From: Eledone cirrhosa
Taxonomy: Eukaryota
Direction: 5' to 3'
Assembly (NCBI GenBank): GCA_964016885.1
Contig: OZ024743.1
Span: 251,782,001 to 251,846,000 of the forward strand
DNA length: 64,000 nucleotides
A program made the position numbers and the translations under genes. The notes under the pieces were generated by a model. That model searched no databases. It was not told where the DNA came from and was given only the letters and a program-made list of their open reading frames with translations. Below, in pieces: positions 35,132-48,614 of the stretch. Within the stretch, counting starts at the first letter, position 1. Each line of letters begins with the position of its first letter.

Positions 35132-35959
35132 ACCCATGCAAGCGTGGAAGATGGACGCTAAACGATGATGATGATATACATATATATACGTATATATGTA
35201 TATATATGTATACATATATATATATGTATATATATATACGTATATATGTGTATATATTCGTATATGTATATATATATACATATATGTGTATATATATATG
35301 TGTATATTTATATATATATATACATATATGTGTGTATATATATATGAATGTGTCAGGTCACCAGTTGGTGCTACTGGTAACATGTATCCCAGTACAACCT
35401 GTCCCATGGTCGGGTCGTTGGCGACTAAACTGGCAACCCCACCAAGGTTTCTTGGTGAGGAGGGTGACTTTGGACATCCTGCAGGACTAAAAACAAAACC
35501 TGTCAAAGCGCAAAGGAGCTCTTAAGAGTCAATGGCCATCTAAAATCACTGGGAGAGATGACCCCTTAGCCTTTGTCAAGGCAGAATTCTAGGAGAAGGA
35601 AAACTCTGATATAACACCTGCAACCCTGATGGTATCCAATGATGTTGACTTGTTCTTCTTTTTGGTAAATATCATCTTGGTTAAGAGAGTGGGACTGGCT
35701 TTGTGCAGTGCCTTTGCTCACTATAAAAGCTTCACAGCACAGGCATTGCTTTATATCTGGAGATCTCTCTGCACTTGTCATCACATGGTACCATGGGCCC
35801 AGCACTATGTGTCAATGATTGTCACAAATGTAGTGTTTGTACCAGAGTTTTCAAGTCGCTGGCTGGACTAAAAAGTCACACTCGTTCAGCGCATTGGTAG
35901 GGGTTCTCCTACATGGATATAAAGTAGTGGCCGTACTCGAAAACAAGTTGGCAGCCACC

Positions 35960-35990
<31 letters not shown>

Positions 35991-36046
35991 TGTGTGTATA
36001 TATATATATATACATATATGTGTGTATATATATATATATATATACA

Positions 36047-36125
<79 letters not shown>

Positions 36126-36250
36126 GTATACATATATATATATATATATGTATGTATACATATATATATAAATGTATACATATATATATAAAATATTAAA
36201 CAAATAATGAATAAAACAATGAAACAGTTCCTTATATTAAACAAAAAAAG

Positions 36251-36405
36251 TTCATTATTTAACGATCGTTTCTAGGATATATATGTGTTAGAATTGGCAT
36301 GCATATTCAACAGATCTATGTACAAAATTATACAAAATTATACAAACTATCAAGATTAAATATACATACCAAACACACATATATGCCGTCTTCAGAAATA
36401 ATGAA
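36251..36405 (-). ncRNA. Hammerhead ribozyme (inverted pLTR copy)
   Basis: Reverse complement of 41708-41862. Confidence 0.8.
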
Positions 36406-36725
36406 ATATATTTATTGATAATAACAACAATTCAAAATTTCAGGTCCGTTTGGGAACGGAGTTCAAAATTGACCAATGAAAATACAAAAAGTTTTATGCA
36501 GTTTGGTGTGTGTATATACATGTAACTAACCCCGTACACATATTTATACAAAGATATATGCTCAACATGCATACGCATGCCAAAAAGATGTATGCAAATA
36601 CAAAAATTCAAGGCTAATGTCTCTGTAAGTTTATAATCCACAGATAAAATGCGTATAGACACATAAATATGAAATAAGTGTATACACATATTCTCATACT
36701 CACACATATCCGTACACTCACACAC

Positions 36726-38228
36726 ATGGGTTCAAGCGATTCCGCCCAAATTACTGATCTTGTGGGCCTCTTTCTCCTTTTCAACATAAATGCCTCCTTT
36801 CCCCACCTTAAAGGTGGTTTATATCGTGATGACTGTCTTCTTCTTTCTAACAACCTTAGCCTTTCAGAAATAGAAAAAAACAAAAAACATATTAGAACTT
36901 TCCTTAAAGACTATTATAACCTTCATATTACTTTTGAAAAAACAAGTAAAGTAGTAAATTTCCTAGATATAACTTTAGATTTAGCTACGGGTATCTACCA
37001 ACCTTACCATAAACCAAACCAAAACTTACATTACATACACTCACAATCTAATCACCCTAAATCTATCCTTAAAAACCTTGCGTATAATATATCACTTAGA
37101 TTTTCTAACCTTTCTTCTAACCAAGATGTATTTGATAAAAATGCGACCTTCTATAACGAAGCTCTAGATAGAAGTGGCCACAAAAATAGATTAGAATATA
37201 TACCTTCTACTAAAAATACTAAAAGCATACAACCTAATATTACCAACAAACACCAAATGAAAAGTACACACCTAAATGCCACCCACACTATACCCCAAAA
37301 TACCAAATCTTCTAATATAAAATATAGTAACTCTCAAAAAACTACTCATCATACAACTCTAATAAATATTAATAATAAAACTCCTAATAAAAAAGATAAA
37401 ACACCTAAATCTACAAATATAACTAAAAATGGTTGTGGTGAGATCATTAACATTAATCCTCCTAGTAAACATCACGATACAACCTATAAAAATAATAAAA
37501 ATAATAAACAACATAGAAACCGTAATAGACGGGTTACTTGGTATAATGCTCCATTTAATTTACAAATTAAGGATAATATTGCTAAACAATTTTTTTATAT
37601 CCTAGAGAAAAACTTCCCGCCAAACCACAAATACCATCAAATCTTAAATAGGTCTACAGTTAAATTCTCATACTCAACAACAAATAACATAAAACAAAAT
37701 ATAAGTGCCTATAATGCATATAAATGTAAGAAAACCATAAGTATACCACCAATACATCAAATTAACCATAATATCTCCTCAAATACAGAATTAACGAAAG
37801 GTTGTAACTGTAGAAACAAAGCAAACCGCCCATTAAAAGGGAATTGTCTTGTTAACAACATAGTCTATAAATGTAATGTTAAAACTAAAGATTCTATTTG
37901 CTCATATATAGGAGCTACTTCTAACAATTTTAAGACAAGGTTTAATACCCACAAGCATAGTTTTAATAATGCCACACTGGCTAATACAACATCTCTAGCA
38001 GAAAAAATCAATAGTTATAAAAATAAGAATATAGAATATGATTTGACCTGGAGTGTGCTCAAAAGAGCCACCCCTTATCAAAATAATAGAAATGAATGTA
38101 GATTATGTTCCCAAGAACTATTTGAAATAATGAAATCTAAGGATATCCTATTAAATAAACGACAGGAATTAATTATATCGTGTAATCATAAACTAAAAAA
38201 AACATTTAAATATTATAAACCTAATTAA
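36726..38228 (+). CDS. PLE ORF C-terminal half (RT - N/K/T-rich insert - linker - GIY-YIG), N-truncated but uninterrupted
   Basis: MGSSDSAQ, LYRDD, FLDITL, SNHP, VTWYNAPF, GCNCR..GNCLVNNIVY..YIGAT..CRLC. Confidence 0.9.
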   Translation: MGSSDSAQITDLVGLFLLFNINASFPHLKGGLYRDDCLLLSNNLSLSEIEKNKKHIRTFLKDYYNLHITFEKTSKVVNFLDITLDLATGIYQPYHKPNQNLHYIHSQSNHPKSILKNLAYNISLRFSNLSSNQDVFDKNATFYNEALDRSGHKNRLEYIPSTKNTKSIQPNITNKHQMKSTHLNATHTIPQNTKSSNIKYSNSQKTTHHTTLININNKTPNKKDKTPKSTNITKNGCGEIININPPSKHHDTTYKNNKNNKQHRNRNRRVTWYNAPFNLQIKDNIAKQFFYILEKNFPPNHKYHQILNRSTVKFSYSTTNNIKQNISAYNAYKCKKTISIPPIHQINHNISSNTELTKGCNCRNKANRPLKGNCLVNNIVYKCNVKTKDSICSYIGATSNNFKTRFNTHKHSFNNATLANTTSLAEKINSYKNKNIEYDLTWSVLKRATPYQNNRNECRLCSQELFEIMKSKDILLNKRQELIISCNHKLKKTFKYYKPN

Positions 38229-38670
38229 TAACATTATTTTAGAAATTAATATATAATTTAATTTAAATGTTAGTTAACCTATAAATTTAATTTAATTAAA
38301 ATTCTACTACAGATGAGAATATAAAATATTGTGTAATCATAAATTGTGAAAAACCTTTAAATATTACTAATATATACTTAGTAATTTAATTTATAGATTA
38401 ATTTTAATTTATTTAACCCTTTATTAAAATTCCTTTACAGATAAAATATAACAAAATATCGTGTATCCATTGACAGAGAAATAATTTTTAGTATTATAGA
38501 CCTAATTAATATACATTTTAGAAATATATTTATAATTTGGTTTTAAATTTAGTCAACCTAAAAATTTAATTTAATTGGCTTAAAATTAGTATCCTAATAC
38601 AGACGGATTGCAGAGTGTCATGTAATCATAGAATGGGATGTGTTTTGGATGTATACCTAGTTAATATATT
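38170..38670. repeat. Degenerate ~140-160 bp tandem copies of the PLE ORF terminus
   Basis: tgtaatcat..aatattat..cctaattaata-like blocks recur near 38180, 38330, 38460 and 38620. Confidence 0.65.
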
Positions 38671-38689
38671 CTTTGCAATTTTTGAAAAA

Positions 38690-38726
38690 ATATGTATATG
38701 TATGTATATGTATGTGTATGTATGTA

Positions 38727-38757
<31 letters not shown>

Positions 38758-39494
38758 GTGTATGTATATGTATATGTATATGTATTAATTTTGATTTCTA
38801 TTTGCATATAATTATATTCTGCTATTGATAAAATACAATATCTGTTTTATTTATTATATACCTAATTAACATATACTATAGAAATTAATATATAATTTTT
38901 AATTTAGTTAACCTATAATTTATATTCTACTACCGATGTAATACTTTATTTGTTTTTTCCCTATTACTAAATTCATTTCCTAATATTGATACCATAACGT
39001 TAATAACTTTAATTTAGTTATACTATAATTAATACTCTACTACTATTTAACTTCAAAATTCTGCTTCAAATATTATAAACCTAACTAATTTACACCTTAG
39101 AAATCAATATGTTAACTATCTTTAGTTTAGTTAATATATAATTAATGGTATACTTATTTTGAAATGCATAATTTTGCCTTATTTCTTGCATTTCCTAACA
39201 CTGAAACTATGTAAAAACATATATTGAGATCCAAATACAGATTAATATTCTATGTTTCTTGAAACATATATTTACTATAATCCCCTTCTCCACCCCCCCC
39301 CCTTTCCCCCATACTATTATCATCTGTGTTTGTAAGCGTGTATGTATGAATATATATGTAGGTAGGTGTATATATGTTTGGGTGTTTATATCTGAGTATA
39401 AAAATACATATATGCGCATGCAAATAAGAATGTATGATTGTGTGTGTATATATATATATGTATATATATATATATGTGTATATATGCATGTGTA

Positions 39495-39527
<33 letters not shown>

Positions 39528-40399
39528 GTGTGTATATGTGTATATGTGTGTGGGCGTGTATGTGTGTGTGTATATATATATATATATGTGTGTATGTATG
39601 TGTATGTATATATGTGTATGTATATGTATGTCTCTCTATATATATGTCTATCTTCGTATCTATGTGGGTATATATGTGTGTATGTACATGTATGCACATG
39701 TATATGTTTATGTGTATATGTTTGTATGTGTATATATGTACGTGTGCGCACATATATATGTGAGTGTGTGTGTGTGTGTGTATATATATATATGTATATC
39801 TATGTGTGTATATATATATTCGTAAGTGTATATATATATATATTATTTATTATTATAATATTTATTATTATAATATAACTTATGTGTATATGTATATATG
39901 TGAGGGTGTGTATATGTATATATATGTATATATATATGTAAAAATATATATGTGTATGTGTGTTTTTGTGTGTGTGTATATATATGTATATATGTGTGTA
40001 TGTATGTGTTTGTATGTGTGTTTATGGTTGTATGTGTGTGTGGGTATATATATAAATGTATGTGTATATATATATATATGTGTATATGTATCTCTATTAA
40101 TGTGTGTATATATATATATGTATATACCTTTTTCTTTGTATGTCTGAGTTGTGTGAGAGTGTAGTGGTGTTTGTATGTATATACGCATATATGGATGCGT
40201 ATGTATTTGTATATATGCGTATATGTAAGTGCGTATGTGTGTATGAATATATATCTATGTCTATGTATGAGTATGTATGTGTGTGTATGTATGTGTGTGT
40301 GTATGTATGTATGTGTGTATGTGTGTATATATATATATATATGTGTGTATATGTATGTATGTATGTGTATGTATGTACATATATGTGTATGTATATGTG

Positions 40400-40447
<48 letters not shown>

Positions 40448-40634
40448 TATTTTATATATATGTGTGTGTGTGTATGTGTGTGTATATATATCTTTATATA
40501 TGTGTATGTGTATGTTTGTGTAGGTGTGTGTGTGTGTGTGACTATATATGTATGTGTGTATGTGTGTATGTATGTATGTGTATGTGTGTGTACATGTATG
40601 TATGTGTATGTATATGTATGTGTATATATGTATG

Positions 40635-40667
<33 letters not shown>

Positions 40668-41032
40668 GTATATGTATCTCTATTTGTATGTGTATATGTG
40701 TATATGTATATACCTTTTTCTTTGTATGTCTGAGTTGTGTGAGAGTGTAGTGGTGTTTGTATGTATATACCGATATATGGATGCGTAGGTATTTGTATAT
40801 ATGCGTATATATAAGTACGTATGTGTGGGTGAATATATATCTATGTCTATGTATGAGTATGTATGTGTGTGTATGTATGTGTATATGTGTGTCTATATAT
40901 GTGTGTGTGTATATATGTGTATATATGTGTGTATATATATATATATATATGTATGTGTGTATATGTGTGTATATATATATATGTATATGTTTATATATGT
41001 GTGTGTGTGTGTGTTGTATGTGTAGATGTGTG

Positions 41033-41100
<68 letters not shown>
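38690..41100. repeat. Large compound (TA)/(TG)/(TATG) microsatellite region with an internal ~590-bp-period duplication
   Basis: atacctttttctttgtatgtctgagttgtgtgagagtgtagtggtg occurs at ~40124 and ~40710. Confidence 0.85.
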
Positions 41101-41707
41101 CTTGATATATTTCTTTCTTTTTTCTTTTTCTTTTCTTTTCTTTTTATTTCTAAGTTTATAGATACATCTATAAATAAGCAGTCTGCCCAATCCGTTGAAT
41201 ACTGACCTCTCCCCCCCTCCCACCTAATTTCTGTATCTTGATCTAAATGTGTGTCGCAGTGTTTATGTGAGTGAATTAATATCCATGTGCTTATGATAAT
41301 ATTATATCCACATATATATGTGTGTGGGGGTGTGTGTGTGTATGTATGTTCGTAATTATGTGTATGTTTATGCATATACGCGCGCGTGTGTGTGAGTGTA
41401 CGGATATGTGTGAGTATGAGAATATGTGTATACACTTATTTCATATTTATGTGTCTATACGCATTTTATCTGTGGATTATAAACTTACAGAGACATTAGC
41501 CTTGAATTTTTGTATTTGCATACATCTTTTTGGCATGCGTATGCATGTTGAGCATATATCTTTGTATAAATATGTGTACGGGGTTAGTTACATGTATATA
41601 CACACACCAAACTGCATAAAACTTTTTGTATTTTCATTGGTCAATTTTGAACTCCGTTCCCAAACGGACCTGAAATTTTGAATTGTTGTTATTATCAATA
41701 AATATAT

Positions 41708-41862
41708 TTCATTATTTCTGAAGACGGCATATATGTGTGTTTGGTATGTATATTTAATCTTGATAGTTTGTATAATTTTGTATAATTTTGTACATAGATC
41801 TGTTGAATATGCATGCCAATTCTAACACATATATATCCTAGAAACGATCGTTAAATAATGAA
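41708..41862 (+). ncRNA. Type I hammerhead ribozyme with ~115-nt stem II region
   Basis: ttcattattt CUGAAGA ... GAAAC gatc GUU aaataatgaa; 10-bp stem I and palindromic stem III. Confidence 0.82.
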
Positions 41863-42146
41863 CTTTTTTTGTTTAATATAAGGAACTGTTTCATTGTTTT
41901 ATTCATTATTTGTTTAATATTTTATCTTGACTCTGTATTCCGTTTATCTTTCACCGAAAGTGATTTTTCATTACATCTCTTCTTTCCATGATATCCGGAA
42001 TACATTGAGTTCTTCATACGGATTGGACACTACCGTAAACTCTTGGTAGATTTATCTACATACATATATATATATGTATACATACATATATATATATATA
42101 TACATATGTATGTATACATATATATATATATGTATGTATACATATA

Positions 42147-42208
42147 TGACCTGAAATAGCCGTTGAAACGGCTTGAGCTCTGCCGTCGGGGTCATACTTT
42201 TTCCTATA
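42147..42208 (+). mobile_element. HHR-3'-half mini-element, copy 7
   Basis: gaaatagccgtt GAAAC ggcttgagctctgcc GTC ggggtcatac. Confidence 0.75.
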
Positions 42209-42302
42209 TGTATACACATATATATATGTATGTATGTATACATATATATATGTATGTATGTATATATGCATATGTATGTATGTATATATATGCATGTGTG
42301 TG

Positions 42303-42337
<35 letters not shown>

Positions 42338-42852
42338 GTGTGTGTGTGTATATATATATATGCTAACTTTATATAGTTAATAAATGAAACAAACAAAACA
42401 CAGGAGGCAAAATTACACAGTTATATTACATTCACGCTTGGAGGAAGTGATATAAATATATGAATATATATGCACGCACATACACACCACCATACACACA
42501 TACACACCACCATACACACATACACTCAGCTACATACATGTATTGCCTTTATAAAGAAGTAAGGTGAACTGTGAGGGTGGTTTACTAATTGATTAGACAG
42601 AGACAACCTGGTTGTTCCATTGTCTGCATAACAGCTAAACACACACACACATGTATACCTATCCATATATGTATGGCTGTGTATATTTATCTATTTATCT
42701 ATGTCTGTATGTATGTATGTATATATATCTTTGTGCGCAAATTTCTATCTGTATATGTATGTGTAAATATAGGTGTGCTGCCATAGGTCTATATGTGTAT
42801 GTGTCTGTCTATATTTTTTGTATGTGTGTGTTCATATCTAAATGGTGGCGTG

Positions 42853-42884
<32 letters not shown>

Positions 42885-42902
42885 TGTATGTATGCATGTA
42901 TG

Positions 42903-42972
<70 letters not shown>

Positions 42973-43060
42973 CATATATATATATATTCCCCTTGTATAT
43001 GCATCTACAAATGCCCTTGTTGCAGTGTGCTCGATCAACATTAGAAATATAAAAGAAAAA

Positions 43061-43146
<86 letters not shown>

Positions 43147-43571
43147 GGGGGTGGGGGGGTGTATTAATTGAATATGCCCATATGAATATGGATCTTCATA
43201 CTGTAGTTGAAATCATCTCAGTGTATTTCTTCCTAATCAACCAAATTCTCAGGTATATCAACACAATCACACAACCACACACAAATGCATACTTATATGT
43301 GCACACACCTCCATGCACACAGACACACATATGTACACATGTGCACACAGATATATATAAATATAAACACACACACATATATAGATACACAGACACATGC
43401 AATACAGAAACACATACACATACACATGTTAATAGTGTGATATTCATATTAAGCTAATAAGGTGAGCTGGCATAGAATACAATGTAAAAAAGACTCTGTT
43501 TAAGATGAAACTGATGAACTCTTGATGGTCCATCAACAGAATTACATGTACCCAGAGGGTGCTAGTATATG

Positions 43572-43686
<115 letters not shown>

Positions 43687-44099
43687 TTGCGTATATGTGT
43701 AAGCACATATGTGTGGTGTATGTGATGATGATGATCATCATCCTCATTGTTTTAATGCCTACTTTTTCTTGTTGGCTTATGTTGGACTATGTATGTCTCT
43801 CTTTCTCTCTCTCTCTGTATATATATATGTGTGTGTGTGTGTGCATGTGTGTGTCTGTGTTTGCCTGTACATATATTTGTAGTATAGCAGGCAGACTAAC
43901 AGAAAAGCAGTCTTAATATATACTAGATGTACAGGGGTTGTCAATGGGAAATAAACTTTTTCCAATCACATGAAGGATCCATAGATGTGGTTGATAGCTT
44001 CTGCTACCTATGTAACCTAGTTACCTGCCATATGTAGCTACACCACCATCTCCAATGTAATGGATCTTCTCTGCCATGTTGTAATACTCAGTGTGCTGG

Positions 44100-44426
44100 T
44101 TGAAGATTTCTTCATTACAAGAAATTTTGCATTGGATGAGTCTTTCCACCCCAACCCCATGCACAGATACAACAGGCTTTTCAACCCACACATTGTAAAG
44201 TTCTCAATTTCCTCAGCCCCCAATCTGGAGGAAATTATACCCTCCATCAACGGCAGGAAGATAAGGATTCGTGTAGATGTATAAGACCTGCCTACTGGGT
44301 GTGCATCAAAATAGGACCAGCCAAAAGGTCAGTGGCAAACCAGCACCCACCCATGGAGGCCTTGGGCAATACAAGCCACCAACCAATAATCAATGTCCCC
44401 TGTAAAACAAATGCTTGACCAAAAAG

Positions 44427-44469
<43 letters not shown>

Positions 44470-44483
44470 AATTTATATCTACG

Positions 44484-44529
<46 letters not shown>

Positions 44530-44850
44530 TTGATACCAGTATATCAAGGTACTTTTACATCAAGACCACATGGACAACATTCAGGGCCTGCCTCTACAAA
44601 AATATTACTTCATTTAATGATAGGAACAAAAGTTCCTGTACAAGGCTAGCTGACTTGACTTGGAGACTCATGGATGCACACATGAAGTTTAATATGAGAT
44701 GGAGCATTGTGAAACATGCGCCTCCATATTCTCCAGGTTGGAAACATTGTTGCCTCTGCCTAAAATCAGAAATCACACTAAGATGCTGATACTCCAGAAA
44801 GTCCTCATTCTTGGCTATATCCTTCACACATAAGACCCTGCCATCGAGTA
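44100..44850 (+). pseudogene. PLE linker + GIY-YIG remnant, split by TA tracts
   Basis: HRYNRLFNPHIVKFSISSAPNLEEII; TTFRACL..SF..TRLADLTWRL..WSIVKHAPPY..CCLCL. Confidence 0.8.
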
Positions 44851-45813
44851 ACTAGCTATGTATTAAATATGTCTATCTCTCGAACACACCTGAACTCTAT
44901 CATTTATTCCTAAAGCCCTTCTTGCATCACCCTTTACAATATTTACGGAATATACTGTTGTTTTGTTTTATTGTTTTATTACCTCATGTTTTTAGACTTT
45001 ATTGTTTTGATGTTATTGTCCTACTGGTTACTTCCTCCCATAACAAATCCAAACAGAAGCAATGAGACATTCCAGCACATTGCTTGCAGAGATTCTGGTA
45101 CCATCATTACTACTACTTGTGCTGCTACAACTATTAAGGCTACCACCTTGCCAGAACAAGTAGTCTTTCTGCCACTACTAATACGACTACTATTGATGCT
45201 GCCATGCCTACTGCTGTGAGTTTGTTGTTGTTATCATCATTGCCACTAGCATTATTGCTACTGGAGCAATGGATGACTATGTTGGCATCATTGTCATTCA
45301 TTACTTTTGTAGTTGTTGTTTGTGGTGGTTGTGTTGCTGTTGCACGTGAAGTTGCTTATGTGGATATCACCGCTGCTGCTCTCGTGTGACACCTGCCCTA
45401 CTCAAGGCAGATATAGGCATTGATAATTGATGCTCCAGACCGTTTGCCCTATCAATTAGGGTTTATGGCTAGCCAGCACCACATGCACCCACCTCTGGGC
45501 TGTATAGCAGTCTTTAAAGAGGCCTGACCTCGACCACTGCAATCCTTGTCATTGACGTTGTTGTTGTTGTAGTTGTTGGCAGTGATCGCTAGGTTTTATT
45601 TTATCTCTATTTTGTTTCATTATTCTCTATTTTGTGTTTCTGTCCATACTAATATTTTATGTGCATTTTATTGTATTTGTTTTCATTTTATACCATACCC
45701 ATTTGTCTATTCATTTAATTATTTATCGCCCTCCACCACACCCCAAAATAAGTATACACAAAGAATTCACTTGACTTCTTTCAATAGTTTGAATGTGTTC
45801 AGTGACTACAGTC

Positions 45814-45901
45814 GCATATCTGATGAGATGTCAGTGCAGAGTTGGTCTGACCATTATAATCGAACCGTAAGCTGATTGATATCGAAACAACTGTCATATG
45901 C
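45814..45901 (+). ncRNA. Type I hammerhead ribozyme, canonical core
   Basis: gcatat CUGAUGA gatgtcagt..attgatatc GAAAC aact GUC atatgc, followed by AATAAA. Confidence 0.88.
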
Positions 45902-46024
45902 AATAAAGTTCATTTAAGGTGCAGCCTTGAGTTCATTCCTGCATATTTGTATATATATATATATAGCCTTGATAAACACTTTTAACAAACACTTTTCCAT
46001 GTTAGCATATGTTGGACCCCCCCC

Positions 46025-46069
<45 letters not shown>

Positions 46070-46376
46070 ATGGAAAGAGCAATAAATTGGGATATGCCAA
46101 GCTCAATGTGTTTCTACAATCCACAAGTAGAATGACTCAATTCATTGGAAGTGTAATCCAAACAAATGAAATGGAATTAATAAGTTGTGAATTTTTCTCT
46201 GTTGTTTTAAATCTGATGACTAGTATGTGGATATACTTTTATATATTGGAATCTTACTGAAATGACAATTTTAAACTATCCCTATCTTAATTCGTTCATT
46301 TGTAGAAACGTATGTAAGATTTACACAAATCTTATAAATTCTTTCTGAAACCTTGTTTGGATTATTTATTGTATAT

Positions 46377-46567
46377 AATTGTTTCTACTTTTGGCACAAG
46401 GCCAGCAATTATCCCAGTGTATTACTGGTACTTTATTTTATCGACTTCATAAGGATGAAAGGCAAAGGTAACCTTGGCGGCATTTGAACTCAGATCATAA
46501 AGGGCCGTAACTCTTTGCTGCAAAGCATGGTGTCCGACCCTCTACCATTACTGCCAATCCACCGCCC
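46377..46567 (-). mobile_element. SINE family A, full length, 17-bp TSD
   Basis: tatttattgtatataat at 46363-46379 and 46570-46586. Confidence 0.9.
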
Positions 46568-46589
46568 TGTATTTATTGTATATAATGTT

Positions 46590-47445
46590 ACTCTATTTGT
46601 TTTGCAAAATCATGCATTGAAACAGATATTGTTATACTTTAGAAAGGTCATGTTGCCAATAAAAACACATGCACCAGTTGAGTTAGCCATCAGTTTTATT
46701 ATTATTATTAGTCAGGTAACTAATTCATTCATTGGTGAGTTTAGTAGCTGGATGGATATTTAGTTGTCATATTTTGTCACACATCCTGTGACATCCTCAA
46801 TGATAATTCTTTCTCCTCTGTATCCCCTCTTTCATCTGATCTTGTTCTATTTACTTCATTTTATCTTTTTGAGGTGTGTATGTGGTCCACACATGTGTGT
46901 GCATTTGTATTTGTCACTGTATATGTGTGTGTGTATATTAGTGTGCTGCTACTTTCACAAGCTTTTTGTTTGTCATTTGCATGCATATGTTTATGTATCT
47001 GTGCATGTATGTATGTCTTTATGTGTTGTATCACCTTCAAGTTTATGTTTATGTGTCTTTTGTTTTTCATTCCTTCCTTCACTCTCCCACTAGGTAGTTA
47101 TTCTATTCCTGTATTCTATTGAGGATGAGTTTGTCTGATTGTTCACCCCTTTGTATTCAATCTTATATGTCATCATATATGTTGTCATCAGTCACTATGT
47201 TGTGGGATTGTTACTACTACATATCATGGTGTCTATTAAGGGTGGGTTTACTTTCAGTTATATGCATAGATGTCTTAATCTGTTTGAATATTGCACCCGT
47301 TTGGTGTGTAGATAGAATTTTTTATTTCAATACTTTCTAGTGAATCCTGATGATCCAGCGTGGCATATTGGTAGAATACTAACAAGTTGTTCATATCTGT
47401 GAGTTCCTGCTACCACTCATTCCTCCTTTCTCCCATATCATGAGC
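46590..47445 (-). mobile_element. PLE 3' remnant (EN C-terminus + decayed HHR + tail)
   Basis: ..HITESKPTLNR; tatca tTGAGGA t gtcaca-ggatg-tgtgac aAAA at ~46768-46805; 46646-46680 matches 25800-25835. Confidence 0.65.
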
Positions 47446-47621
47446 TGTTTCACTTATGTCTATGTATGTCATCAACAAACATATATATGTGTTTCTGTGT
47501 GGGTGTGTGTGTGTGTATATTTATAAATGTGTTTATGTATACATACTTATGTGACATATACTTCTAGATATATGTGTGGGTATACACACAAACACACTCA
47601 TATATATATATATATATATAT

Positions 47622-47776
47622 GAGATCCCATTAAGAGTGAAAGCAGCGATTCTTTGCTAAAACTTTAATCTGTTATTTTAATAAATATTTGCTCTAGGGT
47701 TCTTATATATTTGATATATATTTATCCTTATCGAGGCCTCTTTTGATTTTAGTCTTCACATTTATTATTATTACTA
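47622..47776 (+). mobile_element. Third copy of the 14.3-kb PLE pLTR end
   Basis: Aligns to 14326-14478 and lies within (TA)n. Confidence 0.85.
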
Positions 47777-47790
47777 TATATATATATATA

Positions 47791-47969
47791 TCATCAGCAT
47801 CATCATCATCATCATCATTTTACGTCCGCTTTTCCCTGCTTGCAAGGGTGGGATGGGAACTGATTCTGGCTTGATTTCTACAGCTGGATGCCCTTCCTAA
47901 CACTAGCCTCATTTACAGTGAGTGCTGGGTGCTTTTTGCCATGGCACCTCCACTACCACTTTATAGTGG
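47791..47969 (-). mobile_element. SINE family B, 3' fragment
   Basis: Matches 26060-26224. Confidence 0.85.
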
Positions 47970-48240
47970 AGAGAGAGTAAAATATTTAGTGCATTTTCAG
48001 CTCTATGTTATTTTCTTTACTATATATACATATGCACTCAAATGCATGTATATACATAATATTAAAGATACTATTTATAGTTATGTATATACTATACTAT
48101 AAACAACTATAAACAGGGAAGGTAAGTAATTTATTACTACCTTATTACCAGTAAGAGAAATAGCTCAATGTAAGAACATCAGGTGTTTTACAGAGCAGTA
48201 ATATAGAATACACAAGTATCAAAGTTATGTTTAAAACATT

Positions 48241-48294
48241 TAATCGCTGACAATTGTTTCTTCCAAACTTAAGCTTGGAGTCCTCGGAGCATTA
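48241..48294 (-). ncRNA. Variant hammerhead (CCGAGGA core), inverted copy
   Basis: Part of the inverted repeat 48209-48301 / 48554-48646. Confidence 0.6.
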
Positions 48295-48560
48295 GCAATG
48301 TTTGTACATATAGTTAACCTCCTATTCAACTGAAGAATCATACAGATACATATATATTGATGTTGTGGACAACAGTTTCATGTTTACAGGGTGGAATGGA
48401 AGCAACATACATTATACGAAAATTGTACAATAATTCAAATTAAGATTAAAATTAAAATTAAAAACTAAAAATTAAAAATTAAAATTAAAAGCATAGGGTG
48501 GAATATATGTGATAGATAATACAAGAGAATAGTCTAATAATTAAAGAGATAGTACATTGT

Positions 48561-48614
48561 TAATGCTCCGAGGACTCCAAGCTTAAGGTTGGATGAAACA
48601 ATTGTCGGCGATTA
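48561..48614 (+). ncRNA. Variant hammerhead (CCGAGGA core)
   Basis: taatgct CCGAGGA ctccaa-gcttaagg-ttggat GAAAC aatt GUC ggcgatta. Confidence 0.62.

Larger units (their letters stand above)
36188..42058 (+). mobile_element. Penelope-like element, 5'-truncated, with 539-bp inverted pLTR
   Basis: 36188-36726 is the reverse complement of 41387-41925 (the ORF track gives identical peptides). The RT+EN ORF starts at the junction and a tail extends beyond 41925. Confidence 0.93.

Noticed and set aside
35570-35960. Very decayed APE-like remnant on the minus strand
   Set aside because: Similarity is too weak to call by eye.
43512-43550. CTGATGA followed by a hairpin
   Set aside because: No GAAA or closing stems. 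The same applies to candidates at 29070, 32585, 48330 and 55245.
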